Shown: positions 9,935-19,345 of the stretch, in pieces
Layout of the letters: each line of letters begins with the position of its first letter
Numbering within the stretch: the first letter of the stretch is position 1
DNA from: Deltaproteobacteria bacterium
GTDB taxonomy: Bacteria > Myxococcota_A > Polyangia > Fen-1088
DNA length: 64,000 nt
Direction of reading: 5' to 3'
Assembly: GCA_033763315.1 (NCBI GenBank)
Contig: JANRKS010000007.1
Span: 1-64,000, forward strand
Notes under the pieces: model-generated
Seen by the model: the letters and a program-made list of their open reading frames with translations, nothing else
Told to the model about the DNA's origin: nothing
The model's database searches: none
Translations under genes and position numbers: made by a program

Positions 9935-12373
9935 TTGGTCATGAGACCCAGCGTTTTCACTGCGATCAGGTTCGTGGCGCTTTCATCCCTCATCGCTTGG
10001 GCACCGCTTGCCACGGCCGGTGGCAAGGTGTTCTCTGACGCCGCTCGCGTGCTTGAGTCTCACTGCATTGAGTGCCACAACGCTGACACGGCTAAGGGGG
10101 GATTGAACCTGGTCACGCGACAGGGCTTGCTTGCTGGTGGAGAAAACGGACCCGCTGTGGTGCAAGGTGACGCACACAGCAGCTTGCTCTTCCAGATGGT
10201 CATCCATGAAGAGTCGCCTGGAATGCCCCTGCGACAACCTAAGATGGCCCCCGAGGACATCGCCGCGCTGTCACGCTGGATTTCCGCCGGCACCCCCTAC
10301 GAGCGTCCGTTGGCACCCCCACCCCCACGCCGTCACTGGGCGTTCGAGCCGTTGGCCCACTTCTCCTCGAACGCAACTTTGGACGGTCTGCTCCTAGCGA
10401 AGCTGAAAAAAGCACAGCTTTCCTTCGCGCCATTGCTGGCACCTGGCCAGCGTGTCCGCCGTCTGAGCTTCGACTTGTTGGGCCTGCCTCCGCAGGCGTC
10501 GGTCGTAGACCGCTTCGTTCAGGCGCCGACGCCCGCAGCCTGGCAAAAGCTCGTGGGGCAGATGCTCTCATCACATCACTTTGCCGAGCGCTGGGCGCAA
10601 CACTGGCTCGACGTCGCCCGCTATGCGGACAGCGATGGCTTTGAGCGAGATCTCGACCGGCGAGCAAGCTGGCCCTACCGAGACTTTGTCATTCGTGCGA
10701 TGGACACGGACATGCCATTTGACCGTTTTGTCTTGTGGCAATTGGCAGGAGATGAAGTGGCCCCCGATGTGCCCGAGGCCCGCGCCGCGACCGGATTCCT
10801 CGCTGCGGGCGAGTTCCTGGCCCCCACCGTTACCGATACCGAAGACAACAAACGCATGGTGCGCGCCGATGAGATTCATGATTGGGTCTCCACGGTCGGA
10901 AGTGCATTTTTGGGACTGACCGTAGGCTGTGCTCGTTGCCACGATCACAAGTTCGACCCCATCTCAACCCGCGAGTATTACCAACTCGGCGCTGCATTTG
11001 TCGAAACGCATCGAATCGTGGTGCCGCTTGAGGCGGCCGAACGCGAATTGGAACTGTTTGAGAAGCGGCAGCGTGAAGCATTTCGTGAGGCGAAAATGGA
11101 GGCACTGTCGGTGCCCGAATACGACCGCATGATCTTGCGTTCACCGCGCATGCCCAACAACCCCACGTCCGTTCGAATCCATGCCACTTGGGATAACAAG
11201 CTCGCCGCCCCCGACGCGCTTTTGGCCGCCTGGCTTCCCCCGGCAGCGCGCCAGCAGTGGGACACACTGCGCCGAAATGCCCATGCAGCCGAACTCGCGT
11301 CCTCCTCAACGCCATTGCCACGCGCGCTTACAGTCATGGACGACTCCGCGCGAGCCCAGCCTGCATATCTCTTGCGGCGCGGTGACGCTCGCCATCGGGC
11401 CACAGAGATTTCGTTCGGCTTCCTGAAAGCTTTGGGCGAAGCGACTCCCCAAAAATATCTGCCTGCGATTCATCCGAACTCAACCGGGCGGCGCGCCGCC
11501 CTCGGCCAATGGTTGGTCGATATGGACCACGGTGCCGGGCGGCTGGTGGCTCGCGTGTTGGTCAATCGTTTATGGCAACACCACTTCGGTCGTCCCCTCG
11601 TGGAAACGCCAAACGACTTCGGTTTTCAGACTGAGGCTCCCAGCCAACGTGACGTCCTGGATTTCCTCGCAACAAAGCTTGTTGAGGGCGGTTGGCGGCT
11701 CAAACCCGTCCACAGACTGATCGTGCAAAGCCAGGCCTACCAACAAGGCGTCAGCGTTGACCCCAAAGCAATGACCGTGGATCCACGCAATCAGCTGTGG
11801 TGGCGCCGCGAACCACTGCGACTCGAAGCGGAGGCCGTGCGCGATGCCATTCTCGCCGCCTCCGGCGGGCTCAACGAGCGGTTGTTCGGACCAGCGGTCA
11901 AGCCGCGCATTGATTCGGACGCCATGGCGACACGCTCTCAAGATGCTTATCCCGCCGATGTTGAGGACGGGCCCAACGTCTGGCGGCGATCAATCTACGT
12001 CTTCAACAAGCGTTCGGTTCGCTATCCCCTTTTGGAGGTTTTTGACAAGCCCGCAGCAACCGCCAGTTGTGGCCGACGTTCTATCAGCACGGTGCCAACG
12101 CAAAGCCTGACGCTATTGAATGACGCCTTTGTACGCGCACGCGCGCACGACCTCGCTGTAGAGGCAACGCTTTCGGCCGAGACATCACAAACGCACACGG
12201 TGGAACGCCTCTTCCTTCGGGCCCTGAGCCGCAAGCCGTCGCCCGAGGAGCTTGACGATGCACTCCGGTTCCTCGCTGCGGAGACGTCCACGAACGATGC
12301 CAGTGGCAGCATAGCTCTTACCAACCTGGCTCACACCTTGTTCATCACCAATGAGTTCATCAATGTCGACTGA
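9935..12373 (+). CDS. Planctomycete-type cytochrome c / DUF1549 / DUF1553 protein
   Basis: CIECH and CARCH heme motifs; HWAF, WLDVARYADS, VNRLWQHHFG and RRSIY. Confidence 0.9.
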   Translation: MVMRPSVFTAIRFVALSSLIAWAPLATAGGKVFSDAARVLESHCIECHNADTAKGGLNLVTRQGLLAGGENGPAVVQGDAHSSLLFQMVIHEESPGMPLRQPKMAPEDIAALSRWISAGTPYERPLAPPPPRRHWAFEPLAHFSSNATLDGLLLAKLKKAQLSFAPLLAPGQRVRRLSFDLLGLPPQASVVDRFVQAPTPAAWQKLVGQMLSSHHFAERWAQHWLDVARYADSDGFERDLDRRASWPYRDFVIRAMDTDMPFDRFVLWQLAGDEVAPDVPEARAATGFLAAGEFLAPTVTDTEDNKRMVRADEIHDWVSTVGSAFLGLTVGCARCHDHKFDPISTREYYQLGAAFVETHRIVVPLEAAERELELFEKRQREAFREAKMEALSVPEYDRMILRSPRMPNNPTSVRIHATWDNKLAAPDALLAAWLPPAARQQWDTLRRNAHAAELASSSTPLPRALTVMDDSARAQPAYLLRRGDARHRATEISFGFLKALGEATPQKYLPAIHPNSTGRRAALGQWLVDMDHGAGRLVARVLVNRLWQHHFGRPLVETPNDFGFQTEAPSQRDVLDFLATKLVEGGWRLKPVHRLIVQSQAYQQGVSVDPKAMTVDPRNQLWWRREPLRLEAEAVRDAILAASGGLNERLFGPAVKPRIDSDAMATRSQDAYPADVEDGPNVWRRSIYVFNKRSVRYPLLEVFDKPAATASCGRRSISTVPTQSLTLLNDAFVRARAHDLAVEATLSAETSQTHTVERLFLRALSRKPSPEELDDALRFLAAETSTNDASGSIALTNLAHTLFITNEFINVD

Positions 12374-13748
12374 AAGCCGTTCCTCGATCACCCTATCCCG
12401 TCGCTCATTCATCGGAGGCATGGCAGGCGCGTCGGGGCTATTGGCTCCGAGTTTGCTGTGTACCAGTAAGGCTTCGGCTGCAGCGCCGCTTGGCCTGCAT
12501 CACCCCGCCAAAGCGCGCTCGGTCATCTGGCTCTATATGGAGGGCGGCCCGTCAGCGTGCGACACCTTCGATCCAAAACCGGAGCTAACGAAACACGCGG
12601 GCCAGAAGCCTTCGCAAGAGATTGATGTGTTCTTTGGCTCGCCTGGTCCACTGATGGCGTCGCCATTTGCATTCAAACAACATGGGCAAAGTGGGGCCTG
12701 GGTGTCGGAACTGTTCCCTCACGTGGCAAAACAAATCGATCGGGTTTGCTTTCTGAAGTCCTGTGTCACTGACTCCCCGAACCACGGGCCAGCCATGTAC
12801 CAAATGAACACGGGGTTCCAACGCCCTGGGTTCCCCAGCATGGGCGCATGGGTGCTTTATGGTCGAGGCAGCGACAATAGGGACCTTCCCGGATTCGTGG
12901 TGTTTCCCAATGCCCGGGGCTCAAAAGGAGGACCTGCCAATTGGAGCAACGGCTTCCTTCCTGGAGATCTCCAGGCGACCACGTTCAGATCCGGACCATC
13001 GCCCATCCTGAACCTACGCAGACCTGATGACATGACAGCGCCTGCCCAGCGGGCGATGCTCGATTTGGCAGCGCGCATGAACGCGCGGCACGCAGCAAAC
13101 CACGCACAGCAGGACGAGCGACTGACAGCGGGTGCGAGCAGCCTTGAACTTGCCTACCGCATGCAGACAGCGGGACGCAACGTCGCTGCCCTCAATGACG
13201 AACCGGAACACATTCGAAGACTCTACGGCATGGACAACCCGGTGACGCGACCATTCGCCGAAAAGTGTTTGATGGCGCGACGACTTGTGGAAAAGGGCGT
13301 GCGGTTCGTGCAGGTCTATTGCAACGACGAGTGGGATTCTCACAATGGCCTTCGCAAGCAGCACGGAGATCGGGCTGCGGAAACCGACCAGCCCACCGCG
13401 GCGCTGCTGGCCGATCTCGCTCAGCGGGGTTTGCTTGATCAAACAATTGTCGTGTGGGGCGGTGAGTTTGGCCGCATGCCCGTTTCTGAGCAGTCGGACG
13501 GACGTGACCACAATCCACATGGGTTCCTCGTGTGGATGGCGGGCGGAGGCATCAAGCCAGGGATTAGCTACGGCCAAACAGACGAGATCGGTTTCAAAGC
13601 CGTGGAGAAACCCGTTTCAGTACATGATCTGCATGCCACGTTGATGCATCAACTGGGGTTTGATCACGAGAGGTTGACTTTTCATCACGACGGCCGCGAC
13701 TACCGGCTCACGGATCTATCGGGCCGTGTAATCACCGAAGTGATCTAG
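12351..13748 (+). CDS. DUF1501 domain protein with a Tat signal
   Basis: SRRSF leader; MEGGPS, DTFDPKP, WDSH, GEFGRMP and GRDHNP. Confidence 0.9.
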   Translation: MSSSMSTESRSSITLSRRSFIGGMAGASGLLAPSLLCTSKASAAAPLGLHHPAKARSVIWLYMEGGPSACDTFDPKPELTKHAGQKPSQEIDVFFGSPGPLMASPFAFKQHGQSGAWVSELFPHVAKQIDRVCFLKSCVTDSPNHGPAMYQMNTGFQRPGFPSMGAWVLYGRGSDNRDLPGFVVFPNARGSKGGPANWSNGFLPGDLQATTFRSGPSPILNLRRPDDMTAPAQRAMLDLAARMNARHAANHAQQDERLTAGASSLELAYRMQTAGRNVAALNDEPEHIRRLYGMDNPVTRPFAEKCLMARRLVEKGVRFVQVYCNDEWDSHNGLRKQHGDRAAETDQPTAALLADLAQRGLLDQTIVVWGGEFGRMPVSEQSDGRDHNPHGFLVWMAGGGIKPGISYGQTDEIGFKAVEKPVSVHDLHATLMHQLGFDHERLTFHHDGRDYRLTDLSGRVITEVI

Positions 13749-13867
13749 ACCTTTTCGATGAATGGCAGTGGCTGGTCGGCAAACTCGATCGTCTTCGTCA
13801 AGTGGGCATTGGTGATTCGCCCAGAGCCGTGCGAGGGCCGGAGGAGATGATGAGCATCACGTCGCCG

Positions 13868-15364
13868 CTAGGGCCTAGCGTGAGATTTTTCCCGGAATGC
13901 AGCCTGGCCCGGAGGGGGCAGCCCGGCACGGGAGTCATCTACCACCAGGACCCAGTCGGGCCCCTCTGTCGGAGCGGTCACATCCAGGTATTCGGATTTC
14001 GGGCGCCCCAGGAACAGCTGTTTTGCGCTTCCTTTGCGTGGATCGTACCACCAGGCGTTTACGCTTTGTGCGCGCAGGTCGCTTAGGCGCACACGTACGA
14101 TGGTGTTCGGTGAAGGCACATACACCATCAAGCTGCGCCCGGCACTGTCGCGCAGGGCTTGTGCTTGCGCCGGCGCTTCCGAACCCACGGGTGCCAGCAA
14201 CAAGGTTTGATCGGGAACACGGGTCAAAAACGGCCGGCTCTCGACGAGGGCGCGCAGGTGTCGCATCTGGCTCGCGCCCGGAAATGCCATCGCTTGGTGC
14301 CACGGAACATTTGCCCCTAGTAGCGGCCCTTTGAGAGGCACGCGGGTGGCTAACGGTTCGACGGCAGGTGACCACATCTGCCAAATCTCAGCGGCGCCAT
14401 ACGTATGACCGCAGCCTCCTGCGAACACTGACGCGTAGGCGAGGCGTCGAACATCATCGACGTCAAGTCGATCGCCTTCGTCTTTGAGGTTGTTGGGAAT
14501 GTTCTCGTAGCCGGGCTCTCCGTTCAGCACGGGTTTGCGCGGCAGGCGCTCAAAGTCTTGGCCCAAGAGCACCCAAGGTTTGCTGTTTCTGTCGTGGCCG
14601 CTTTGGACCATGTTGAAGCTCAGCCACGGCTCGGCGTGAAGATGCTGACCCGAACTGGAGCCGCCCGTCGGGTGGTACGTGATTAACTTGTGCACACTGC
14701 CGGGTGTGCTTTCTGCGGCGCCTATGCCTTGCGCCATTGCACGCCACACGGCCTCGTAGCCAACAGGGGACCTGTCGCCGCCCAACACCCAAATGATGTT
14801 GGGCGCAGCTCGATAGCGTGCAGCAAGAAAGTGGCCCCAAGCCCGAGGGATCTCCAGATTGTCGGCTTTAAATAAGTGAAAGTCAGGAAACAGTACGTGT
14901 GTCTCCTTCACTGCGTATGAGCCCCAAGTAGGCAGCAGCGCCACGAACATGCCTCGCCTGTGGGCCTGCACAACCAAAAAGTCGACCAACGCGAAGTACG
15001 CCTCGTTGGGTTGGCGGGGATCCATGTTGTGCAAGGGCAGGTTTCCTTCCATGTTGGGGACGGTGAGATTAAGCTCAGGCAGCACCACAACCTGAACGAC
15101 GTTGAACCCCTTGCTGGCACGATCACTTAAGTAGCGTGTGATGTCAGCACGGCTTAGCCGATGCAGCAGCTCCCACGCGGTGTCGGCCAGATAGAAGAAC
15201 GGCGTTCCGTCACGGTACACAAGCGAGCGTCCATCGGGAGACACCTGCAAGGGGCCGCGACGGAAGGCGGCTGGCGCAGGAAAGCGTGGCGCCGCGGTCG
15301 CCGACACGCCGGCAAAGAGTAAATTGGCCAAGAACACGGCCGCAAGACGAGAGGATGTCTTCAT
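13868..15364 (-). CDS. GH140/DUF4038 apiosidase-like glycoside hydrolase, secreted
   Basis: Signal peptide; GTPFFYLADTAW, GFNVVQ, IIWVLGGD, GEPGYE, GHTYGA; C-terminal WWYDPR and DWVLVV. Confidence 0.85.
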   Translation of the reverse strand: MKTSSRLAAVFLANLLFAGVSATAAPRFPAPAAFRRGPLQVSPDGRSLVYRDGTPFFYLADTAWELLHRLSRADITRYLSDRASKGFNVVQVVVLPELNLTVPNMEGNLPLHNMDPRQPNEAYFALVDFLVVQAHRRGMFVALLPTWGSYAVKETHVLFPDFHLFKADNLEIPRAWGHFLAARYRAAPNIIWVLGGDRSPVGYEAVWRAMAQGIGAAESTPGSVHKLITYHPTGGSSSGQHLHAEPWLSFNMVQSGHDRNSKPWVLLGQDFERLPRKPVLNGEPGYENIPNNLKDEGDRLDVDDVRRLAYASVFAGGCGHTYGAAEIWQMWSPAVEPLATRVPLKGPLLGANVPWHQAMAFPGASQMRHLRALVESRPFLTRVPDQTLLLAPVGSEAPAQAQALRDSAGRSLMVYVPSPNTIVRVRLSDLRAQSVNAWWYDPRKGSAKQLFLGRPKSEYLDVTAPTEGPDWVLVVDDSRAGLPPPGQAAFREKSHARP

Positions 15365-15587
15365 TCGCCGAGGGTAAGGGATTTGAGCCGGTGTTCCCAG
15401 AGGTACTTTGTCCGATGGGGCCCGGTGGCAAGCAGCGGAGATGCGCGCGCGGGCGACGGTGGGCTCGCTGATAGGCACTCGGTTGCAGGCTCTTGCCGGC
15501 GAGACACACACACGATCGAGGGGTTCAGGGCCGTCGCGATCCAGGTCTGGGATCACGACACGCAAGGTGGAAATTCATCCGACCAAC

Positions 15588-15601
15588 CTCAGTTTTCTGA
15601 C
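15588..15601. promoter_or_regulatory. Putative enhancer-binding-protein site (TCAG-N4-CTGA)
   Basis: CTCAGTTTTCTGAC palindrome about 70 bp upstream of a sigma-54 motif; recurs inverted at 22117-22131. Confidence 0.5.
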
Positions 15602-15663
15602 GTGCGAAAGCAGCAAGGTTGCTAGCGGAGGCAAAACGGCCAAGAGTTTCCACCTTTACGCGC

Positions 15664-15679
15664 AGGCATCGCGATTGCA
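15664..15679 (+). promoter_or_regulatory. Putative sigma-54 promoter (-24/-12)
   Basis: AGGCATCGCGATTGCA with exact GG-N10-GC spacing. Confidence 0.6.
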
Positions 15680-15758
15680 TTGGTGGGTGGCGACCATTTA
15701 TGCGAAGGCCATCTCAGCAGTCTCGCGTGACGAGATGCCAATCACCGAAAGGACCGCT

Positions 15759-16853
15759 ATGAAGTTCAAAGCTCGTTCAAGTGTTTGGCTAGCGCTGGTC
15801 GCCGGTATCTTGTCCTGCGGCGGGTGCATGGGCAACGAGGGCCTCGATACCGACGATGGCGGCGGTGGTTCCGGCCAAGGTGGCCAAGGCGCAAAAGGCG
15901 GCGAAGGTGGAGGCGGAGGCAGCAGCACGTGCGGCCCCGTGTGCGCCATCGCTTGCGAATTCGGCAACGTCCTCGACGAAGCCGGCTGTCCAACCTGCGC
16001 TTGCAATCCCCCGCCCAAGCAGTGCGGTCCGAAAGATTGTGCGAACCAGGCAGCACCGGCAATCGCCAAGCTGTGCCCCGATGGTTCAGCCGTGGGATTC
16101 TCTTGCCGGCTCAACACAACCGGCAAGTGTTCCCTGCAACAGGACCAGTGCCCCACAACCTGCAAACCGGTGACGTGCAAGATCGCCTGTCAGTTTGGCT
16201 TCAAAAAGGACGCAGCCGGCTGTGATCTCTGTGCGTGCGCGGACGCTCCCACGTGCAAAAATACCGAATGTGGCCCGGTCCCCCCTGTGGCACCTTGCCC
16301 GGGCGGAACGGGACCGGCCATGTCCTGCGTTCGTAGCGCCACCACAGGCAAATGCGCTTGGAACATTGGTCAATGCAACGTATGCACCGGACCTGTCTGC
16401 GACATCTTCTGCGAGTTTGGCAACAAGGTTGATGCCAACGGGTGCGCGCTTTGCCAGTGCAACCCAGCCCCCGTCGCGTGCACGACGGAGGAGTGCGGTG
16501 TTGCGCCCAAGGTTGCCACGCGCATCTGCGAAGACGGATCCACCGCGGGCCCTGTTTGCAGCCGCACGAATGGCAAATGTGGTTGGCAGATCACGTCTTG
16601 CCCCGCGGCGTGCAGCGAGCTGCGCGACCTGAAGACGTGCGAGCTAAACACCGCCTGCCAATGGCTTGAACCTGGCTGCAGTGGCAACAAGCTTCCCGTC
16701 GCAGGCTGCTTCGCTAAGGCGGCCGTTAACTGCGAAAGCGATCAGGAATGTGTGCCAGGGAAACAATGTGCGACCCGCACCGTCGACCATTGCGCGAACC
16801 GGCCAAACGTCAAGTGCTTCACGTGCGCCTCGCCCATCAACGTGTGCCTGTGA
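15759..16853 (+). CDS. Cys-rich lipoprotein with three antistasin-like repeats
   Basis: SD aaagga; lipobox-like LSC/GGC; repeats CAIACEFGNVLDEAGCPTCAC, CKIACQFGFKKDAAGCDLCAC and CDIFCEFGNKVDANGCALCQC. Confidence 0.75.
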   Translation: MKFKARSSVWLALVAGILSCGGCMGNEGLDTDDGGGGSGQGGQGAKGGEGGGGGSSTCGPVCAIACEFGNVLDEAGCPTCACNPPPKQCGPKDCANQAAPAIAKLCPDGSAVGFSCRLNTTGKCSLQQDQCPTTCKPVTCKIACQFGFKKDAAGCDLCACADAPTCKNTECGPVPPVAPCPGGTGPAMSCVRSATTGKCAWNIGQCNVCTGPVCDIFCEFGNKVDANGCALCQCNPAPVACTTEECGVAPKVATRICEDGSTAGPVCSRTNGKCGWQITSCPAACSELRDLKTCELNTACQWLEPGCSGNKLPVAGCFAKAAVNCESDQECVPGKQCATRTVDHCANRPNVKCFTCASPINVCL

Positions 16854-16903
16854 AGGGATAACGGCGCAGGTTCGTTCTCTGCTTGCGCCGCCCCGAACGG
16901 AAC

Positions 16904-17290
16904 TCAGCCCACATGAATCTGCAGCGCAGAGCAACGGGCGATGTTTGTGAAGTCGCGATCGTGATGAAGAACCGAACATCGTTCACGTAACGCCACAGAA
17001 GCCACAAGACAGTCGTTTAGCGCACGCGGCGTGAAGCCTTGTCGTCGACACTCCCGATACAACTGGGCGGCGCCCTCGAAGTCTACTAAACCCCGAACAG
17101 GCGCGTGCGCGAAACTCAGTAGGAACCGACGAAGTTTTTCGGCTCGTTGCTCATCGCCTGCGCCAGCCAATGGTTCCATTACCACGACGTCCGTCGTGAG
17201 GATCGCTCGCCCGCTCTTAAGCAGCGAACGCACTGAGGTCTCCAACTCCTTAGCCCATTGACTTGCGTCGCCGGCTCCGAAGCTGTACAT
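16904..17290 (-). pseudogene. vapC: PIN/VapC remnant lacking the N-terminal catalytic segment
   Basis: VVVMEPLAGA, AAQLYRECRRQG, DCLVA and LHHDRDF present; no N-terminal xxDT(S/N) motif and no antitoxin. Confidence 0.65.
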
Positions 17291-17298
17291 TCGTTCAG
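17283..17298 (+). promoter_or_regulatory. Myxococcus-type LexA (SOS) box
   Basis: CTGTACATTCGTTCAG matches the M. xanthus consensus CTRHAMRYBYGTTCAG and abuts the ATG. Confidence 0.7.
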
Positions 17299-18384
17299 AT
17301 GTCGTGCGACGATCCTCAGCGGGGGGTGCGGGTGGGTCGAGGCGCCACCAGCGCGCCCGCGCCTCGCTACTTACCGGTGATTCGGGAGGCCATCGACGAT
17401 GGCTGGGGCAGCCTCGACGAGCCGGCACCGCCGCTGCAAACGGTGGTCACCACCGAGCAGACGCGCAGCCCGATCAGCCGCAACGAATCACCGGACGTCC
17501 CCTTTTCGGTCTCGCTCAACCCTTACAAGGGCTGCGAACACGGCTGCATCTATTGCTTCGCGCGGCCGACCCACGCCTATTTAGATCTTTCACCCGGCAT
17601 CGATTTTGAGAGTCGCCTCGTGGCCAAACCGGAATTGCCTGCGGCCTTGCGGGCGATGTTCATGAAGCCTTCGTGGCAGCCTGAAGTCATCGCCGTAGGC
17701 GCCAACACCGATCCGTATCAACCCATTGAGCGGCAATGGCAGATCACACGCCAGGCTCTGCAAGTGTTCGCTGATTTTCGCAACCCGTGCGGCATCATTA
17801 CTAAGAACAATCTTGTGCTGCGCGATCTGGATCTGCTGGCACCCATGGCGGCTCAAGGCTTGGTGCACGTGTTTGTTTCGGTGACTTCGCTTGATCGGAA
17901 GCTGGCGCGCACGATGGAGCCACGGGCCGCCTCGCCGCAGAAGCGATTGGAGGCGATCGAAGGCTTAGCGAAGGCGGGCGTGCCCGTGGGTGTGATGGCC
18001 GCGCCGATGATTCCGGGCCTCAACGACGCCGAGCTTGAGCACATATTGCAAGCGGCACGCAACGCGGGCGCAAGCACAGCCTCGTACATCATGGTGCGCC
18101 TGCCACTGGAGATAAAAGAGTTGTTCGAAGGCTGGCTGCAGGCGCATTTCCCCAACCGCAAAGACAAAGTGCTGAACCTCATCCGGCAAGCACGCGGCGG
18201 CAAACTTTACGACGCCCACTTTGGCAGCCGCATGCGCGGCGAAGGCCCGTACGCGGATTTGCTGCAACGACGTCATGCAGCGGCGTGTGCGCGACTTGCC
18301 TTCCCCGGCATGACACCGCTGCGCACCGATCTGTTTTCTCGGCCCGGCAAACCGTCCCCGCAGTTGAACCTGTTTGGCGGCTAA
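17299..18384 (+). CDS. PA0069/Rv2578c-family radical SAM protein (spore photoproduct lyase-like)
   Basis: NPYKGCEHGCIYCFARPTH, NTDPYQP and C-terminal QLNLF. Confidence 0.9.
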   Translation: MSCDDPQRGVRVGRGATSAPAPRYLPVIREAIDDGWGSLDEPAPPLQTVVTTEQTRSPISRNESPDVPFSVSLNPYKGCEHGCIYCFARPTHAYLDLSPGIDFESRLVAKPELPAALRAMFMKPSWQPEVIAVGANTDPYQPIERQWQITRQALQVFADFRNPCGIITKNNLVLRDLDLLAPMAAQGLVHVFVSVTSLDRKLARTMEPRAASPQKRLEAIEGLAKAGVPVGVMAAPMIPGLNDAELEHILQAARNAGASTASYIMVRLPLEIKELFEGWLQAHFPNRKDKVLNLIRQARGGKLYDAHFGSRMRGEGPYADLLQRRHAAACARLAFPGMTPLRTDLFSRPGKPSPQLNLFGG

Positions 18385-18397
18385 GGCGAACAGCGCA

Positions 18398-19240
18398 CTA
18401 AGGCACGTGCGGCTCGCGGTAGCCGGCGTCGCGCGCATAGCGGCCCAAAATGCCCTTGACCGTCACATCTAGTTGGCTGCCTTCGCGGTAATCGGCGGGC
18501 GCCACAAAGTGCACGCGGTCTTCGGCCACCAAGCGATACACCTTGTTTTGAAACGATTCTTCGTGGAATTTCTCCGGATCGAAAACGGCCACAGAGTGCC
18601 CGCCTTGGTGGCGCACCATCTTCATCGAAGGGATGTCGGTTTCACCGTCGCCGATGAAGATCATGCGCGTAAACGGAATGGGTCGTTCCGGCAGCGGCAT
18701 CCACTGGTTGACGCGTTCGTTGTCCCAAAAGTTATGCACGCCCTTGTTGATGCGAAAGAGGTACTGCGTTTTCGTGGTGTAATTGATGCTCACGCCCGGC
18801 CACACGGCCTCACCGCGTTCGTTGTAAACAAAGCGCGACGCATAGACCATGCGAAAGTATGGAAAAATCGAGCAGCCCTTGATGATCTCGTAGTTGCCCG
18901 ATGAAACGACGTAATGCTCTAGATCAAGGTTGCGCCCCTGCGCAAACGCATTGATGCGATCAAACCACGTCGCCACGCCCTGAAAATAGGGCACGGCGCG
19001 GCCATGGGATTCCAGCACCTCTTTGGTGATCGGCAGGTTGCTGGCCTTGGCCGCCTCCAACATGCGCCACATGTAGATCAAGATCTCGTCAGCGTCATTT
19101 AAACGCGCGCGTGCTTTGACATCTGCCCAAAACCCCTCGATCTGCTGGCCTAAGCCAGGAAGAAAGCCGTGCTCCTGGATGTTTCCTTTGGCCAACGTGC
19201 CATCAAAGTCATAGACGATCGCTGTGCGCGCGCGGTTCAT
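18398..19240 (-). CDS. HAD-family hydrolase
   Basis: YDFDGTL, VVSSG and IGDGETD motifs. Confidence 0.85.
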   Translation of the reverse strand: MNRARTAIVYDFDGTLAKGNIQEHGFLPGLGQQIEGFWADVKARARLNDADEILIYMWRMLEAAKASNLPITKEVLESHGRAVPYFQGVATWFDRINAFAQGRNLDLEHYVVSSGNYEIIKGCSIFPYFRMVYASRFVYNERGEAVWPGVSINYTTKTQYLFRINKGVHNFWDNERVNQWMPLPERPIPFTRMIFIGDGETDIPSMKMVRHQGGHSVAVFDPEKFHEESFQNKVYRLVAEDRVHFVAPADYREGSQLDVTVKGILGRYARDAGYREPHVP

Positions 19241-19345
19241 CGCGGCCCAGCTTAGCAACGGCGCTGTGGACGGCCACAATCGTATACGCAAACGAAACAC
19301 ACCAACCCGTGCAAGCGCGGAGAAATTGTGCTGAGCTTTGCGGCG

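Noticed and set aside
15850-16500. Repetitive DNA as a possible CRISPR or tandem array
   Set aside because: The repeats are degenerate and in-frame, encoding Gly linkers and Cys modules; no constant repeat-spacer period
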